This document shows positions 41,729 to 50,688 of a DNA stretch of 64,000 bases, in pieces. The notes under the pieces are model-generated. The model did not search any database. It was not told the DNA's origin and saw only the letters and a list, made by a program, of their open reading frames with translations. The first letter of the stretch is position 1. Each line of letters begins with the position of its first letter. The DNA is from Terriglobia bacterium. GTDB lineage: Bacteria; Acidobacteriota; Terriglobia; Acidiferrales; UBA7541. The translations under genes were made by a program, and so were the position numbers. The stretch spans positions 2,400,001 through 2,464,000 of the forward strand of contig OY968796.1 of assembly GCA_963695545.1 (NCBI GenBank), written 5' to 3'.

Positions 41729-41905
41729 CCCGCCAAAATCCCGATCCGCGCCGCTCTCGCGCGAGGATTTTCCTAATCGCCACGCGCCGCGCTTTCACCT
41801 CGCCCGCGCGCCACGAATTCTTTCATTTCCCCCGCGATTGCGCGTATGCTCCTGCCGTCGCCGAGAGCAATCGAACCGTCACCCGGCGAAAGGAGCGCCG
41901 CGCTC

Positions 41906-42889
41906 ATGTTTGTCCCGCACACTTTCGCGCTTGCGCTCTTTATGACCGTGCTCAGCACCACCTGCTGGGGATCGTTCGCCAACACCTACAAGCTCACCAA
42001 GAATTACCGCTTCGAACTTTATTATTGGGATTACGCCTTCGGAATTTTTCTGATCTCCGTGATTCTCGCCTTCACGCTGGGATCGATCTACGGCGGCGCA
42101 TCGAGCTTCCTCCCGAATCTCCACTCCGCCGCGCCCATCAATCTGTTCTACGCAATGGTGGCTGGCTTTCTCTTCAACATCGCGAATTTCCTGCTGATTG
42201 CTGGCATCGAAATGGTGGGCCTGGCCATCGCGTTTCCCACTTCCATCGGCATCGCGCTTGTCGAAGGCGTCGTCCTCAGCTACGCGATCCAGCCAAAAGG
42301 TAACACCAGCCTGCTCGCCCTCGGCGTCGCCTCCGCCGTCCTCGCCGTGATCCTGATCGGCAAAGCGTACGGCGCGCGCGCCGGTGCCAATCGCGCGACG
42401 TCCTCGCGCAAAGGAGTCGTGGTCTGCATCGTCTCCGGCTTGCTGATGGGCACGTTCGCGCCCTTCGTCACGCGCGCCATGACGGCCGCCCAGCCGCTCA
42501 CGCCCTACACCGTAGCCGTTTTTTTCACACTCGGCTCGCTCGTGTGCTGTTTCCCGTTCAATATGATCTTGATGAAGTGGCCGCTCGTCGGCCAACCCAT
42601 CGGTCTCGGCGAATATTTTCGCGCCTCCGCGTATTATCATTTTCTCGGTTTGCTCGGCGGAGCGATCTGGGGCCTCGGCACGGTTTCCAATTTCGTCGCC
42701 GCAGGATTCGTCGGCGTCGCGATTTCCTACGCCATCGGCCAAGCCTCTCCCATGGTCGCCACGCTTTGGGGTGTCCTCGTCTGGCACGAGTTTCGCAACG
42801 CCGGTGGTCGCTCCAAGGGCTACCTTGCCGGCATGGTTTTCTTCTACCTTCTAGCGCTGGTGTTGATCGCCATGGCCATCAAGTCGTAA
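41906..42889 (+). CDS. DMT-superfamily (GRP/ureide-permease-like) transporter
   Basis: About 10 TM helices; CWGSFAN, RFELYYWDY, AISYAIGQ and LWGVLVWHEF motifs. Confidence 0.82.
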   Translation: MFVPHTFALALFMTVLSTTCWGSFANTYKLTKNYRFELYYWDYAFGIFLISVILAFTLGSIYGGASSFLPNLHSAAPINLFYAMVAGFLFNIANFLLIAGIEMVGLAIAFPTSIGIALVEGVVLSYAIQPKGNTSLLALGVASAVLAVILIGKAYGARAGANRATSSRKGVVVCIVSGLLMGTFAPFVTRAMTAAQPLTPYTVAVFFTLGSLVCCFPFNMILMKWPLVGQPIGLGEYFRASAYYHFLGLLGGAIWGLGTVSNFVAAGFVGVAISYAIGQASPMVATLWGVLVWHEFRNAGGRSKGYLAGMVFFYLLALVLIAMAIKS

Positions 42890-42901
42890 GCCGGGGACTC
42901 C

Positions 42902-43846
42902 ATGCCAAATCCATCCGCATCTCGACACATCACCATCATGGGCAGCTTCGTCGCCGACCTCGCCTTTCGCACTCCGCGCATTCCCGCCTGGGGAGAAACG
43001 ATTCTCGGCGCCTCTTTCGTTCTCGGCCCCGGCGGCAAAGGATCGAATCAAGCCGTAGCCGCCGCGCGCGCCGGCGGCAGCGTCACTTTCCTCTGCAAAC
43101 TCGGCCGCGACACTTTCGGCGATCTCGCCCGCCGCACGTACACAGAAGAAGGCATCGACACCAAATTTGTTTTTGATTCGGCCGAGCAGGGAACCGGCGC
43201 CGCAGCCATCATCATCGACGAGAAGCGCGGAGAAAACGCCATCATCGTCGTTCCCGGCTCCGGCTATCACTTGACCATCGCCGAAGTCGACCAAGCCCGC
43301 GCGCGCATCGCCGAGTCCGCGATCTTCATGACCCAGCTCGAAGTCCCCGTCGCCGTCGCCGAACACGGCCTGAAACTCGCGCGCTCGCTCGGCGTCACCA
43401 CCATCCTCAATCCTGCGCCCGCCGTCCCGCTCCCCGAGCGCATTTATTCTCTCTGTGACTATCTCACTCCGAATGAAACCGAAGCCGCCGCGCTCTCGGG
43501 GCTGCCCGTCGGCAATCTCGCCGAAGCCGAGCGCGCCGCCGATGCCTTGCTCGCCCGCGGCGCTGGCAGCGTGGTCATCACGCTCGGCGCGCAAGGCGCC
43601 TTCGTGAAAAATTCCCAACTCGCGCGCCACGTCCCCGCCGTCGAATTCGGCCCGGTCGTTGAAACCACCGGCGCCGGCGACGCCTTCAGCGGCGGTTTCG
43701 CCGTAGCGCTCTCCGAAGGCGCCGACATCGCAGCCGCCGCTCGCTTCGGCTGCGCCGTCGCCGGCATTTCCGTCACGCGCCGCGGCACCGCCCCCTCCAT
43801 GCCCACCCGCGCCGAAGTCGACGCCCTCCTGAAAAAACCCAAATAG
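42902..43846 (+). CDS. rbsK: Ribokinase
   Basis: PGGKGSNQAVAAAR, LNPAP, PNETE and TTGAGDAF motifs. Confidence 0.9.
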   Translation: MPNPSASRHITIMGSFVADLAFRTPRIPAWGETILGASFVLGPGGKGSNQAVAAARAGGSVTFLCKLGRDTFGDLARRTYTEEGIDTKFVFDSAEQGTGAAAIIIDEKRGENAIIVVPGSGYHLTIAEVDQARARIAESAIFMTQLEVPVAVAEHGLKLARSLGVTTILNPAPAVPLPERIYSLCDYLTPNETEAAALSGLPVGNLAEAERAADALLARGAGSVVITLGAQGAFVKNSQLARHVPAVEFGPVVETTGAGDAFSGGFAVALSEGADIAAAARFGCAVAGISVTRRGTAPSMPTRAEVDALLKKPK

Positions 43847-43950
43847 CGCCCGCCTCTCGCCGTGGCTTTATTTCGCGCCAGGCGGCATCCAACGGCTCGT
43901 TTCACATTGACGTGTTACGATGGCCGCCGTTGCGCGCGCACGGAGGCTCA

Positions 43951-44040
43951 ATGTCCAATTGGGGTTGGGTCTTACTAATATCGATGGTTTTCGGCGGCTG
44001 TCTATGGTTAATCGGGCTAATCAAGAAAAATAGCGGATAG
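43951..44040 (+). CDS. Putative 29-aa single-TM peptide (not in the ORF track)
   Basis: MSNWGWVLLISMVFGGCLWLIGLIKKNSG*, with GGAGG at 43942-43946. Confidence 0.45.
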   Translation: MSNWGWVLLISMVFGGCLWLIGLIKKNSG

Positions 44041-44132
44041 CGTCATATCCAAAGAAAACTCTGGCGCCCCAAACTATCGAGGCCAGCAGCTGACGGCCGC
44101 AGCTCACACTTTCTTGCCATCACAGCCGCCTA

Positions 44133-44204
44133 TGTTGCGATAAACGTGCAAACCACGGATTTGGATACCTTGCCAGATGTCCGGTAGACTGCGTTAGCCG
44201 GGAC
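44133..44204. repeat. Back-to-back pair of degenerate dif-like sites
   Basis: TGTTGCGATAA-ACGTGC-AAACCACGGAT and ATGTCCGGTAG-ACTGCG-TTAGCCGGGAC; same arrangement as 47413-47479. Confidence 0.5.
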
Positions 44205-44287
44205 TCCGATCCTACGTTTTGGCCTTCCAAAAATGCTTTTCTGACTGTCCGTCGCCGAAAGCTCAAGTGAATCGCAGCGCGCGGAAG

Positions 44288-44734
44288 CTAGTTCGATTTG
44301 ATGGTGCTCTCCACAGGTTTGACCATAGTGGCCGCCACTTCGCACTGACCATCGACCGACTTCCACACACGCAGATAGCCGGTCTGGAATGAGACGTGTT
44401 TGCCCGTTTTTTGTTCGTCGTAACTCACCTCACCCCCTCCGTATTCGTAGGCCATATCGCCGGACTGCGAAACATCAACTCGCTGTGGATGATCCGCATC
44501 AACTTCATTCTTTCTCGGTTCTTCGGCTTCCGCCTTCGCCTTAGCTTCCTCCCGCGCAGCCGCTCCGATGATCGGTTGGTCATACGCACCGGACCAAAAG
44601 AAGTTGTCGTCGGTATATTTGATCGTCTTGTTTTGAACCGCGTCGCGGATCGTCTGCTCTGAGCAAGCCGGCCCTTGGGCCATGGCCGCGATCGGAGCCG
44701 CAAGTAAGAAAACCAAGGCACAAATCGTCTTCAT
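44288..44734 (-). CDS. Secreted NTF2-like (DUF4440-like) protein
   Basis: Signal peptide; VSQSGDMAYEYG and YLRVWK..DGQ motifs. Confidence 0.8.
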   Translation of the reverse strand: MKTICALVFLLAAPIAAMAQGPACSEQTIRDAVQNKTIKYTDDNFFWSGAYDQPIIGAAAREEAKAKAEAEEPRKNEVDADHPQRVDVSQSGDMAYEYGGGEVSYDEQKTGKHVSFQTGYLRVWKSVDGQCEVAATMVKPVESTIKSN

Positions 44735-45014
44735 GCGCGTTCACCTCGCTGAGTTGGGAATAGGAAGGCCCTCTTAGATTGCAGGCTACATTACGATAGC
44801 GGCTTTTCTGCCGTCAACAGCGGCCGCGTTATGCGCGCGCCCCACGCTTGCCCGCCACGGCGGACAAAGACGGGGCCGCCGATTTCTTCTTCGCAATAAG
44901 CGCAGCGCAGCCCAACTCACCGCGCTCACTCGGCATGGCAAACCCAGTCGGGGAACAAGCCATGAAGAATGAAGCGAAGAGGCGCCGCTGCGCATCCCAT
45001 TAGCAGGCGGTTGC

Positions 45015-46382
45015 GTGCATTTCAGTCGCACCGCTGCAATCGCAACCTTGGAGACTGGCGTGGGCGCGTCTGCACCCCGCGTGGTGATCGTGGGCGGAGG
45101 TTTCGGCGGCCTGTTCGCCGCGCGCGGCCTCGCCCGCGCACCGGTCAGCGTCACGCTGATCGACAAACGAAACTATCACCTGTTTCGTCCCATGCTCTAC
45201 CAGGTTGCCACCGGCCTGCTCTCCGCTGATCAGATCTCTGGGCCGTTACGCTCGATCCTCCGCAAGCAGCGCAACGTAGAAGTGCTGCAGGATGAAGTGT
45301 CCGGAGTCGACGCGCAAAAGCGCCTGGTTCACCTGCGCGAACACGAAATTCCCTACGATTACCTTATTCTTGCCACCGGCATTCAATACAACTATTTCGG
45401 ACACAATGAATGGCAGCACGTGGCGCCCGGCCTCGAGTCGCTCGACGACGCCGACCTGATTCGCGGCAAGGTGCTCACCGCCTTCGAGCGCGCCGAGGAG
45501 ACCGCCGCGCTCGATCACACCGATACCGCGGCGATTCAGCAACTGCTCACTTTCGTGTTGGTCGGCGGCGGCACCGTGGGCGTCGAAATGGCTAGCACGC
45601 TGGCGGAAATGTCGCGCATGGCCTTGGCCCACGATTTTCGGCACATCGATCCGCGCTCCGCGCAAATTCTATTGTACGAAGCGGCGCCGCGTATCCTGCC
45701 CGCGTTTCCCGAAGTTCTTTCCGCCAAGGCGCAACGCCATCTCGAAAGCCTGGGCGTGAAGGTGTTCACGAACTCGCCGGTCACCACCGTGGATGCGGAT
45801 GGCATCGTCGCCGGCGGAAAAAGAGTCGCCGCCGGAACCGTGCTGTGGGGAGCGGGCGTCTTGGCGTCGCCGGCTGCACGCTGGTTGGGCGCCGCGATGG
45901 ACAAGTCCGGCAAAGCCATCGTCAACGCGGACATGTCCGTGCCCGGGCATCCGGAAATTTTCACTATTGGCGACACCGCCCATGTGGTTGCGCCGGCGCG
46001 CAATCTGCTGGGCTTCAAATCGAACGACGCCATGGTTATGCCCGGCGTCGCGCAGCCCGCGATTCAAGAGGGAAAATACGTGGCGCAGTTGATCCGCCGG
46101 CGCGTCGAAGGAAAGCCGGCCCCGCCGCCCTTCTGGTATTGGGATAAGGGCGACCTCGCAATTGTGGGCCGCACGTACGCGCTGGCCGATCTTCGCTTTG
46201 TGCGCTTCGCGGGATTTTCCGCGTGGATCGTCTGGGCCGTGGTACACGTCTATTTTCTGATCGGCTTCGCGAATCGTTTCTTCGTCATCTTGCAATGGGG
46301 CATTGCGTTTTTGACCAAGCGCCGCCAGGTCCGCGTCTTCACCGGCCAGGATACAGCGGCAAGAACGGCAAAATCGCCGTAG
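45015..46382 (+). CDS. ndh: Type II NADH dehydrogenase-like FAD oxidoreductase
   Basis: VVIVGGGFGG, HLFRPMLYQVATG, VGGGTVGVE, IGD and AQPAIQEG motifs; start uncertain. Confidence 0.88.
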   Translation: MHFSRTAAIATLETGVGASAPRVVIVGGGFGGLFAARGLARAPVSVTLIDKRNYHLFRPMLYQVATGLLSADQISGPLRSILRKQRNVEVLQDEVSGVDAQKRLVHLREHEIPYDYLILATGIQYNYFGHNEWQHVAPGLESLDDADLIRGKVLTAFERAEETAALDHTDTAAIQQLLTFVLVGGGTVGVEMASTLAEMSRMALAHDFRHIDPRSAQILLYEAAPRILPAFPEVLSAKAQRHLESLGVKVFTNSPVTTVDADGIVAGGKRVAAGTVLWGAGVLASPAARWLGAAMDKSGKAIVNADMSVPGHPEIFTIGDTAHVVAPARNLLGFKSNDAMVMPGVAQPAIQEGKYVAQLIRRRVEGKPAPPPFWYWDKGDLAIVGRTYALADLRFVRFAGFSAWIVWAVVHVYFLIGFANRFFVILQWGIAFLTKRRQVRVFTGQDTAARTAKSP

Positions 46383-46526
46383 CGCGAATAGAGACCAATA
46401 CCGTCTCCGCGTAGCACGGCTAATCCTGGCGGCGCGCCTTCGCCCTTTATCCCTTCCGCCCCAGCTCTCAAAACTCGCCCCGTGCACCGCCAAGAACGCC
46501 GTGCACCACCAGCTAACTCAGCGGGG

Positions 46527-46559
46527 CACTTGCCCGGAAATCCGGCTAATCAGGAGTTG
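46527..46559 (+). repeat. dif-like site A
   Basis: TTGCCCGGAAA-TCCGGC-TAATCAGGAGT; 28/33 identical to 47449-47481. Confidence 0.7.
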
Positions 46560-46565
46560 CAGGAC

Positions 46566-47246
46566 TTAGTGTGGAATCGACTTCCGGAGTTTGTCAGCTT
46601 GTTGTTTGAAAGACTGCAACAAGAATTGCATGGTATGGGTGAATTCCTGGGGCGTTTGACCGGTTTGCTGGGTCGCAGTCAGCGCAGTGCGAACGATATA
46701 GACCGGGCCAGAGTCAGGCTCGCCACTGAACGCCTGCTGATACTGGTTGCGGTTCCAATTCTGGTCCAGTCCCCGCTGTAATATCGCGGCAGCATCTTCA
46801 TTCTGGGAGGCGATCAGAGCGCGGTTGTTGAAGATATTGCTTGCCCATTTGGGTGGGCCAAAAGATTCGCCGTCAGCCCAGACACCTGCAACTACTTCCA
46901 CTTTGTCAGGTAGAGCGTTTCCCATCATTGGACTGAGAGGACGTAAGACCGTCTGTCCCGGTTCGATGGGAGTGTTATTGGGAGTGTTACCTTGCATCAG
47001 CGCATCCCACACTGTCGTTGTTTTCCTTGCGGCTTGCGACGCATAGGATTGTTCGAAGACGCAGGCGGTTACCGTCTTGCCAGTAAGATTCGTGACCGCG
47101 AAACTTGGTCCTTGTCCTTTTTCACCGGTGGCACGAATCTCGATTTTGAATTTAGGTCGTTCTGGTGTGGGCGATGTTCCCTGAGCTGCTGCTGAGAAAA
47201 GCATTCCCCCGCAGAGGACGCAAAAGGCCGCCGCAAACATCTTCAT
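46566..47246 (-). CDS. Secreted hypothetical protein
   Basis: GGAG RBS, signal peptide MKMFAAAFCVLCGGMLFSAAA; visibly more AT-rich than its neighbours. Confidence 0.8.
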   Translation of the reverse strand: MKMFAAAFCVLCGGMLFSAAAQGTSPTPERPKFKIEIRATGEKGQGPSFAVTNLTGKTVTACVFEQSYASQAARKTTTVWDALMQGNTPNNTPIEPGQTVLRPLSPMMGNALPDKVEVVAGVWADGESFGPPKWASNIFNNRALIASQNEDAAAILQRGLDQNWNRNQYQQAFSGEPDSGPVYIVRTALTATQQTGQTPQEFTHTMQFLLQSFKQQADKLRKSIPH

Positions 47247-47412
47247 TGAAATCTCCAATAGTCAGCCAATGTGTGCATCGTTCCAGAGTTATTTCTAACA
47301 TCAACCCACCGCCCTGTAAGAGTCAGCGCCACAACGAGTGTTCCAAGCAATACCTTCCTCATGTCATTAGCGCACAACAACTCTAAAGCCGGTCGCCGCA
47401 CACGGAGCGCTA

Positions 47413-47481
47413 CGTCCTGATAAACGCGGAAACCGCGCATATGGAACCCACTTCTCCGGTAATCCGACTTATCAGGAGTTG
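47413..47481. repeat. Back-to-back dif-like sites C (minus) and B (plus)
   Basis: CGTCCTGATAA-ACGCGG-AAACCGCGCAT (47413-47440) and TTCTCCGGTAA-TCCGAC-TTATCAGGAGT (47452-47479). Confidence 0.7.
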
Positions 47482-47634
47482 GCCGGACTCGGTGGGCGGG
47501 TGAGTGCGGCGGGAATCATCGGAGAAAAAACGGTCCTCCGTCAATACTGCTGTGCGCGGGCCCTCGTTAGATGGACGAATTCGAGGTGCGCCGCAACTCA
47601 TGAATGATCGCGAGGGACGTGGGGAGATGCGCTG

Positions 47635-50070
47635 TTACTCGTAGCGCAGCGCCACCATCGGATCGACGCGCGTCGCTCGCCGCGCCGGAAAATAGCACGC
47701 CGCGCATCCCACCACGATCAGCACGCCCGCCACCGCCGCCAGCGTCACCGGATCGCGCGGCGACGCGCCCGAAAGCTGACTCGCGATCACGCGGCTCAGC
47801 GCCACGCTCAGCAGCAGCCCCACGCCGACGCCTAGCGTCACCAACTGCAGCCCCATCCACATCACCATCCTTAACACGTCCGCGCGCCCCGCTCCCAGCG
47901 CCATGCGAATCCCAATCTCATGCGTCTGGCGCGAAACCGTGTACGCCGTGACGCTGTAAACTCCTAGCGACACCAGCACCAGCCCCAGCCCCGCGAAAAT
48001 TCCCATCAACACAAGTGCGAATTTCGGCCCCGCATACGCGTATTGTTCCAGAAATCCCTCAAGGCTCCCGGTGTCCGCAGTCGTCGCATTGCGATCCACC
48101 GCCCAGATCGCATCCCGCACCGGATTCACCAGAAGATTCGGATCTCTCACGGTCTTCGCCATCACCGCGCGATAAAAAGTGCCCGTGATCGTCGCCGGGA
48201 CTAGCACCTCCGCCTCGGTCGGCTCGGTCAGCGAGTCGTTTCTCACATCGCTCACCACCCCTACGATCTCGAAATTCGCATTCGGCACCGGATCCACGGG
48301 AAGCGTCTGGAGATCGTCAAGCGTAACGTCCTGGCCGATCGGGTTTTCATTTCCGAAATATTTCGTCACCAGGGTCTGATTCACCACGGCCACTTTCTGC
48401 GCGTCGTTCACTTCCTGCTCCGTCAGCAGTCGTCCGCGCAACAGCCGCATTCCCAACGTCGGGAAATAATTGGCGGTACATAGTGTAACGACGCTTCTCC
48501 AATCGTCCGAATGCACCTTGCCAGGAATATCCAGCTTGGACCCCACGCCGCCAAATGGCGGTATCGAAGTGGTTTCCGCCGTTGCCACTACGCCCGGCAG
48601 CACGTCCATCCGCGCCAGCAGCTTTGTGAAGAACAGCTGCTTCTCCGCCGCCGTCGTGTACTGCCCGCGCGGAAATGCTACGCGCGTGAACAAGATGTGA
48701 TTCGGGTCAAACCCCAAATCGACATCAACCATTTTCACAAACGCATGCATCAGTACTCCCGCGCCCGCCAGCAGCACCAGTGACAGCGCCACTTCAACAA
48801 CCACCAGCACGCTCCGAAATTTTCCGCGCCGGAATCCACCGCTCACGCCGCGTCCCGAATCTTTGAGCGGCTCAACAAAATCGCGTTTGGCCACCTGCAG
48901 CGCCGGCACCAGTCCGAACAAAACAGCGGTGAGAATCGCGGCGACCAGCGCGAACGCCAGCGCCGCCGCGTTCATTCGGATAATCGTTTCCCCCGGAATC
49001 GTGTCCACGGGCATTGCCGCCACGATCTCCGTAATTCCGCCGTATGCAAATACGCACCCCAGCGCCGCCCCACCCAGCGCCAGCAGAAAACTCTCGATCA
49101 ACAATTGCCGAATAATTCTCCATCTCCCCGCGCCCATCGCGGAGCGAATCGCCATCTCTTTTTCGCGCGCCGTCGCTTGCGCCAGCAGCATGTTCGCCAC
49201 GTTGCTGCACGCGATCAGCATCAGCAAGCCCACCGCCGCGGCCAACACGTACAGCGTCGCGCGAAAATCCCCGATGACGTTGTCGACCATCGACACCACC
49301 TGTACCCTGAAATGTTTGGGATAGCTATTCGGATATACCTGTGCTTCGTGCACGGCGATTCCATTCAATTCCGCCGCGGCTTGCTCCTTAGTGATTCCGG
49401 GCTTCAAGTGCGCTTGCAACGTAAAGCCGCGTTTCGCAAAATCCGGATCGCCGCGATTCGCATTCACCGGAATCCACAAATCCGCTCCCAGCTTCGTGAT
49501 GTGCGGCGGCATAATCCCTACCAATATCGTTGGCACGTCGTTCAACACGAAGCTTTTCCCGACGATCGATGGATCCCGTCCAAACGATTTCACCCACGTC
49601 AGGTAGCTCAACACGAATACGGGAGGCGCACCCGGCTTGACGTCGTCCGGCGTGGAGGTGCGGCCCAGCATCGCCGGAACGCCCAGAAAATCGAATGTGT
49701 TTGCGGTTACGTAGCCTCCGTCGAACTGCTCGGTTCCTTCCTTTGTCGTGTATAGGACATCGTCGTTGCCGCCTCCGATCACATCCTCGAACGAGTGGCT
49801 CTGCTCCGCGTAATCCAGAAACTCCGGACCCAGCATCCGCCGGCGCCCGCCCGTGCCCACGTCGCTCGTGTTGTGAATCTGCACCGCTACAATTCTGTCG
49901 GAGTTCTTGTAAGGAAGTGGATTGATCAGAACGTTGTCGATCACGCTGAACATCGCCGTCGAAGCGCCAATGCCCAGCGCCAGCGTCAGCACGGCAATCG
50001 CCGTGAACCGCGGCTTCTTCAGCAACATTCGTGTGGAGTAGCGGAAATCCCGCGCGAGCCCGTCGAGCAT
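47635..50070 (-). CDS. Duplicated MacB/FtsX-type ABC permease (ADOP-like)
   Basis: [50 protein letters not shown] and DPMVALRYE motifs. Confidence 0.93.
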   Translation of the reverse strand: MLDGLARDFRYSTRMLLKKPRFTAIAVLTLALGIGASTAMFSVIDNVLINPLPYKNSDRIVAVQIHNTSDVGTGGRRRMLGPEFLDYAEQSHSFEDVIGGGNDDVLYTTKEGTEQFDGGYVTANTFDFLGVPAMLGRTSTPDDVKPGAPPVFVLSYLTWVKSFGRDPSIVGKSFVLNDVPTILVGIMPPHITKLGADLWIPVNANRGDPDFAKRGFTLQAHLKPGITKEQAAAELNGIAVHEAQVYPNSYPKHFRVQVVSMVDNVIGDFRATLYVLAAAVGLLMLIACSNVANMLLAQATAREKEMAIRSAMGAGRWRIIRQLLIESFLLALGGAALGCVFAYGGITEIVAAMPVDTIPGETIIRMNAAALAFALVAAILTAVLFGLVPALQVAKRDFVEPLKDSGRGVSGGFRRGKFRSVLVVVEVALSLVLLAGAGVLMHAFVKMVDVDLGFDPNHILFTRVAFPRGQYTTAAEKQLFFTKLLARMDVLPGVVATAETTSIPPFGGVGSKLDIPGKVHSDDWRSVVTLCTANYFPTLGMRLLRGRLLTEQEVNDAQKVAVVNQTLVTKYFGNENPIGQDVTLDDLQTLPVDPVPNANFEIVGVVSDVRNDSLTEPTEAEVLVPATITGTFYRAVMAKTVRDPNLLVNPVRDAIWAVDRNATTADTGSLEGFLEQYAYAGPKFALVLMGIFAGLGLVLVSLGVYSVTAYTVSRQTHEIGIRMALGAGRADVLRMVMWMGLQLVTLGVGVGLLLSVALSRVIASQLSGASPRDPVTLAAVAGVLIVVGCAACYFPARRATRVDPMVALRYE

Positions 50071-50344
50071 AGGCCCTCCGTGCAACTCCCAGGAGATGCA
50101 GCGCAGCGTGTAACGTTTGCCTAAGACGTGGATGGCCGCGCGTCGCGAATCATTCCCTGCCCTGATCTCAACAACCGCGGAAACTGCGCGCAGATAATAT
50201 CAGTTCCCACCAAGCCAGTCGCGTTCTTACAATATTCGAAGGATCCGTCACTTCCCCGCACCACACCTTCCTCCTTGTTCCGCTCGATCTCTTCGCAATC
50301 GCCGGAAAAAGTGAGGTACTAGGGCCCAGATGTCCGGTAATCCG

Positions 50345-50549
50345 GGTGGTCTCAATGGGTCGACGTAACACCAGCTCGAAGTCCGCTTGCGGGAGCCCAA
50401 AACGCCAAAGTCATTCGCGAGCGTTGAGTCAAACAAAAGCACTACCCTGTGTAGGTCTAATGAACACAAAGCCGCCAGAACAGTTCTCTTTCAGGAAGCC
50501 TTTCCAATCAATTGATTGGAGGGCGTTGCGTCGACCCGTTGAGCTGGCG
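50345..50549 (-). mobile_element. Internally deleted IS30-family element (about 205 bp, MITE-like) inserted in a dif-like site
   Basis: Inverted ends GTGGTCTCAATGGGTCGACGTAACAC / rc GCCAGCTCAACGGGTCGACGCAACGC; frameshifted transposase C-terminus ...DLHRVVLL..QRSRMTLAFWAPASGLRAGVTSTH*; 2-bp CG duplication. Confidence 0.75.
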
Positions 50550-50688
50550 CGGCTTATCGGGAGTTGTGGACGTGTTCGAGTTGGCCATCCACGCGAGCCC
50601 ACCGATCGCCGATCCCCAACGCGAGCTTCGAAATCGCGATTGGTTCAATTTTATTGCGGCGTGTTCAGATCGCGGGACAGCATCAATT

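Noticed and set aside
50503..50520. Perfect 18-bp palindrome as a transcription-factor operator
   Set aside because: It lies inside the IS30 remnant, and the homologous copy at 18722 is imperfect.
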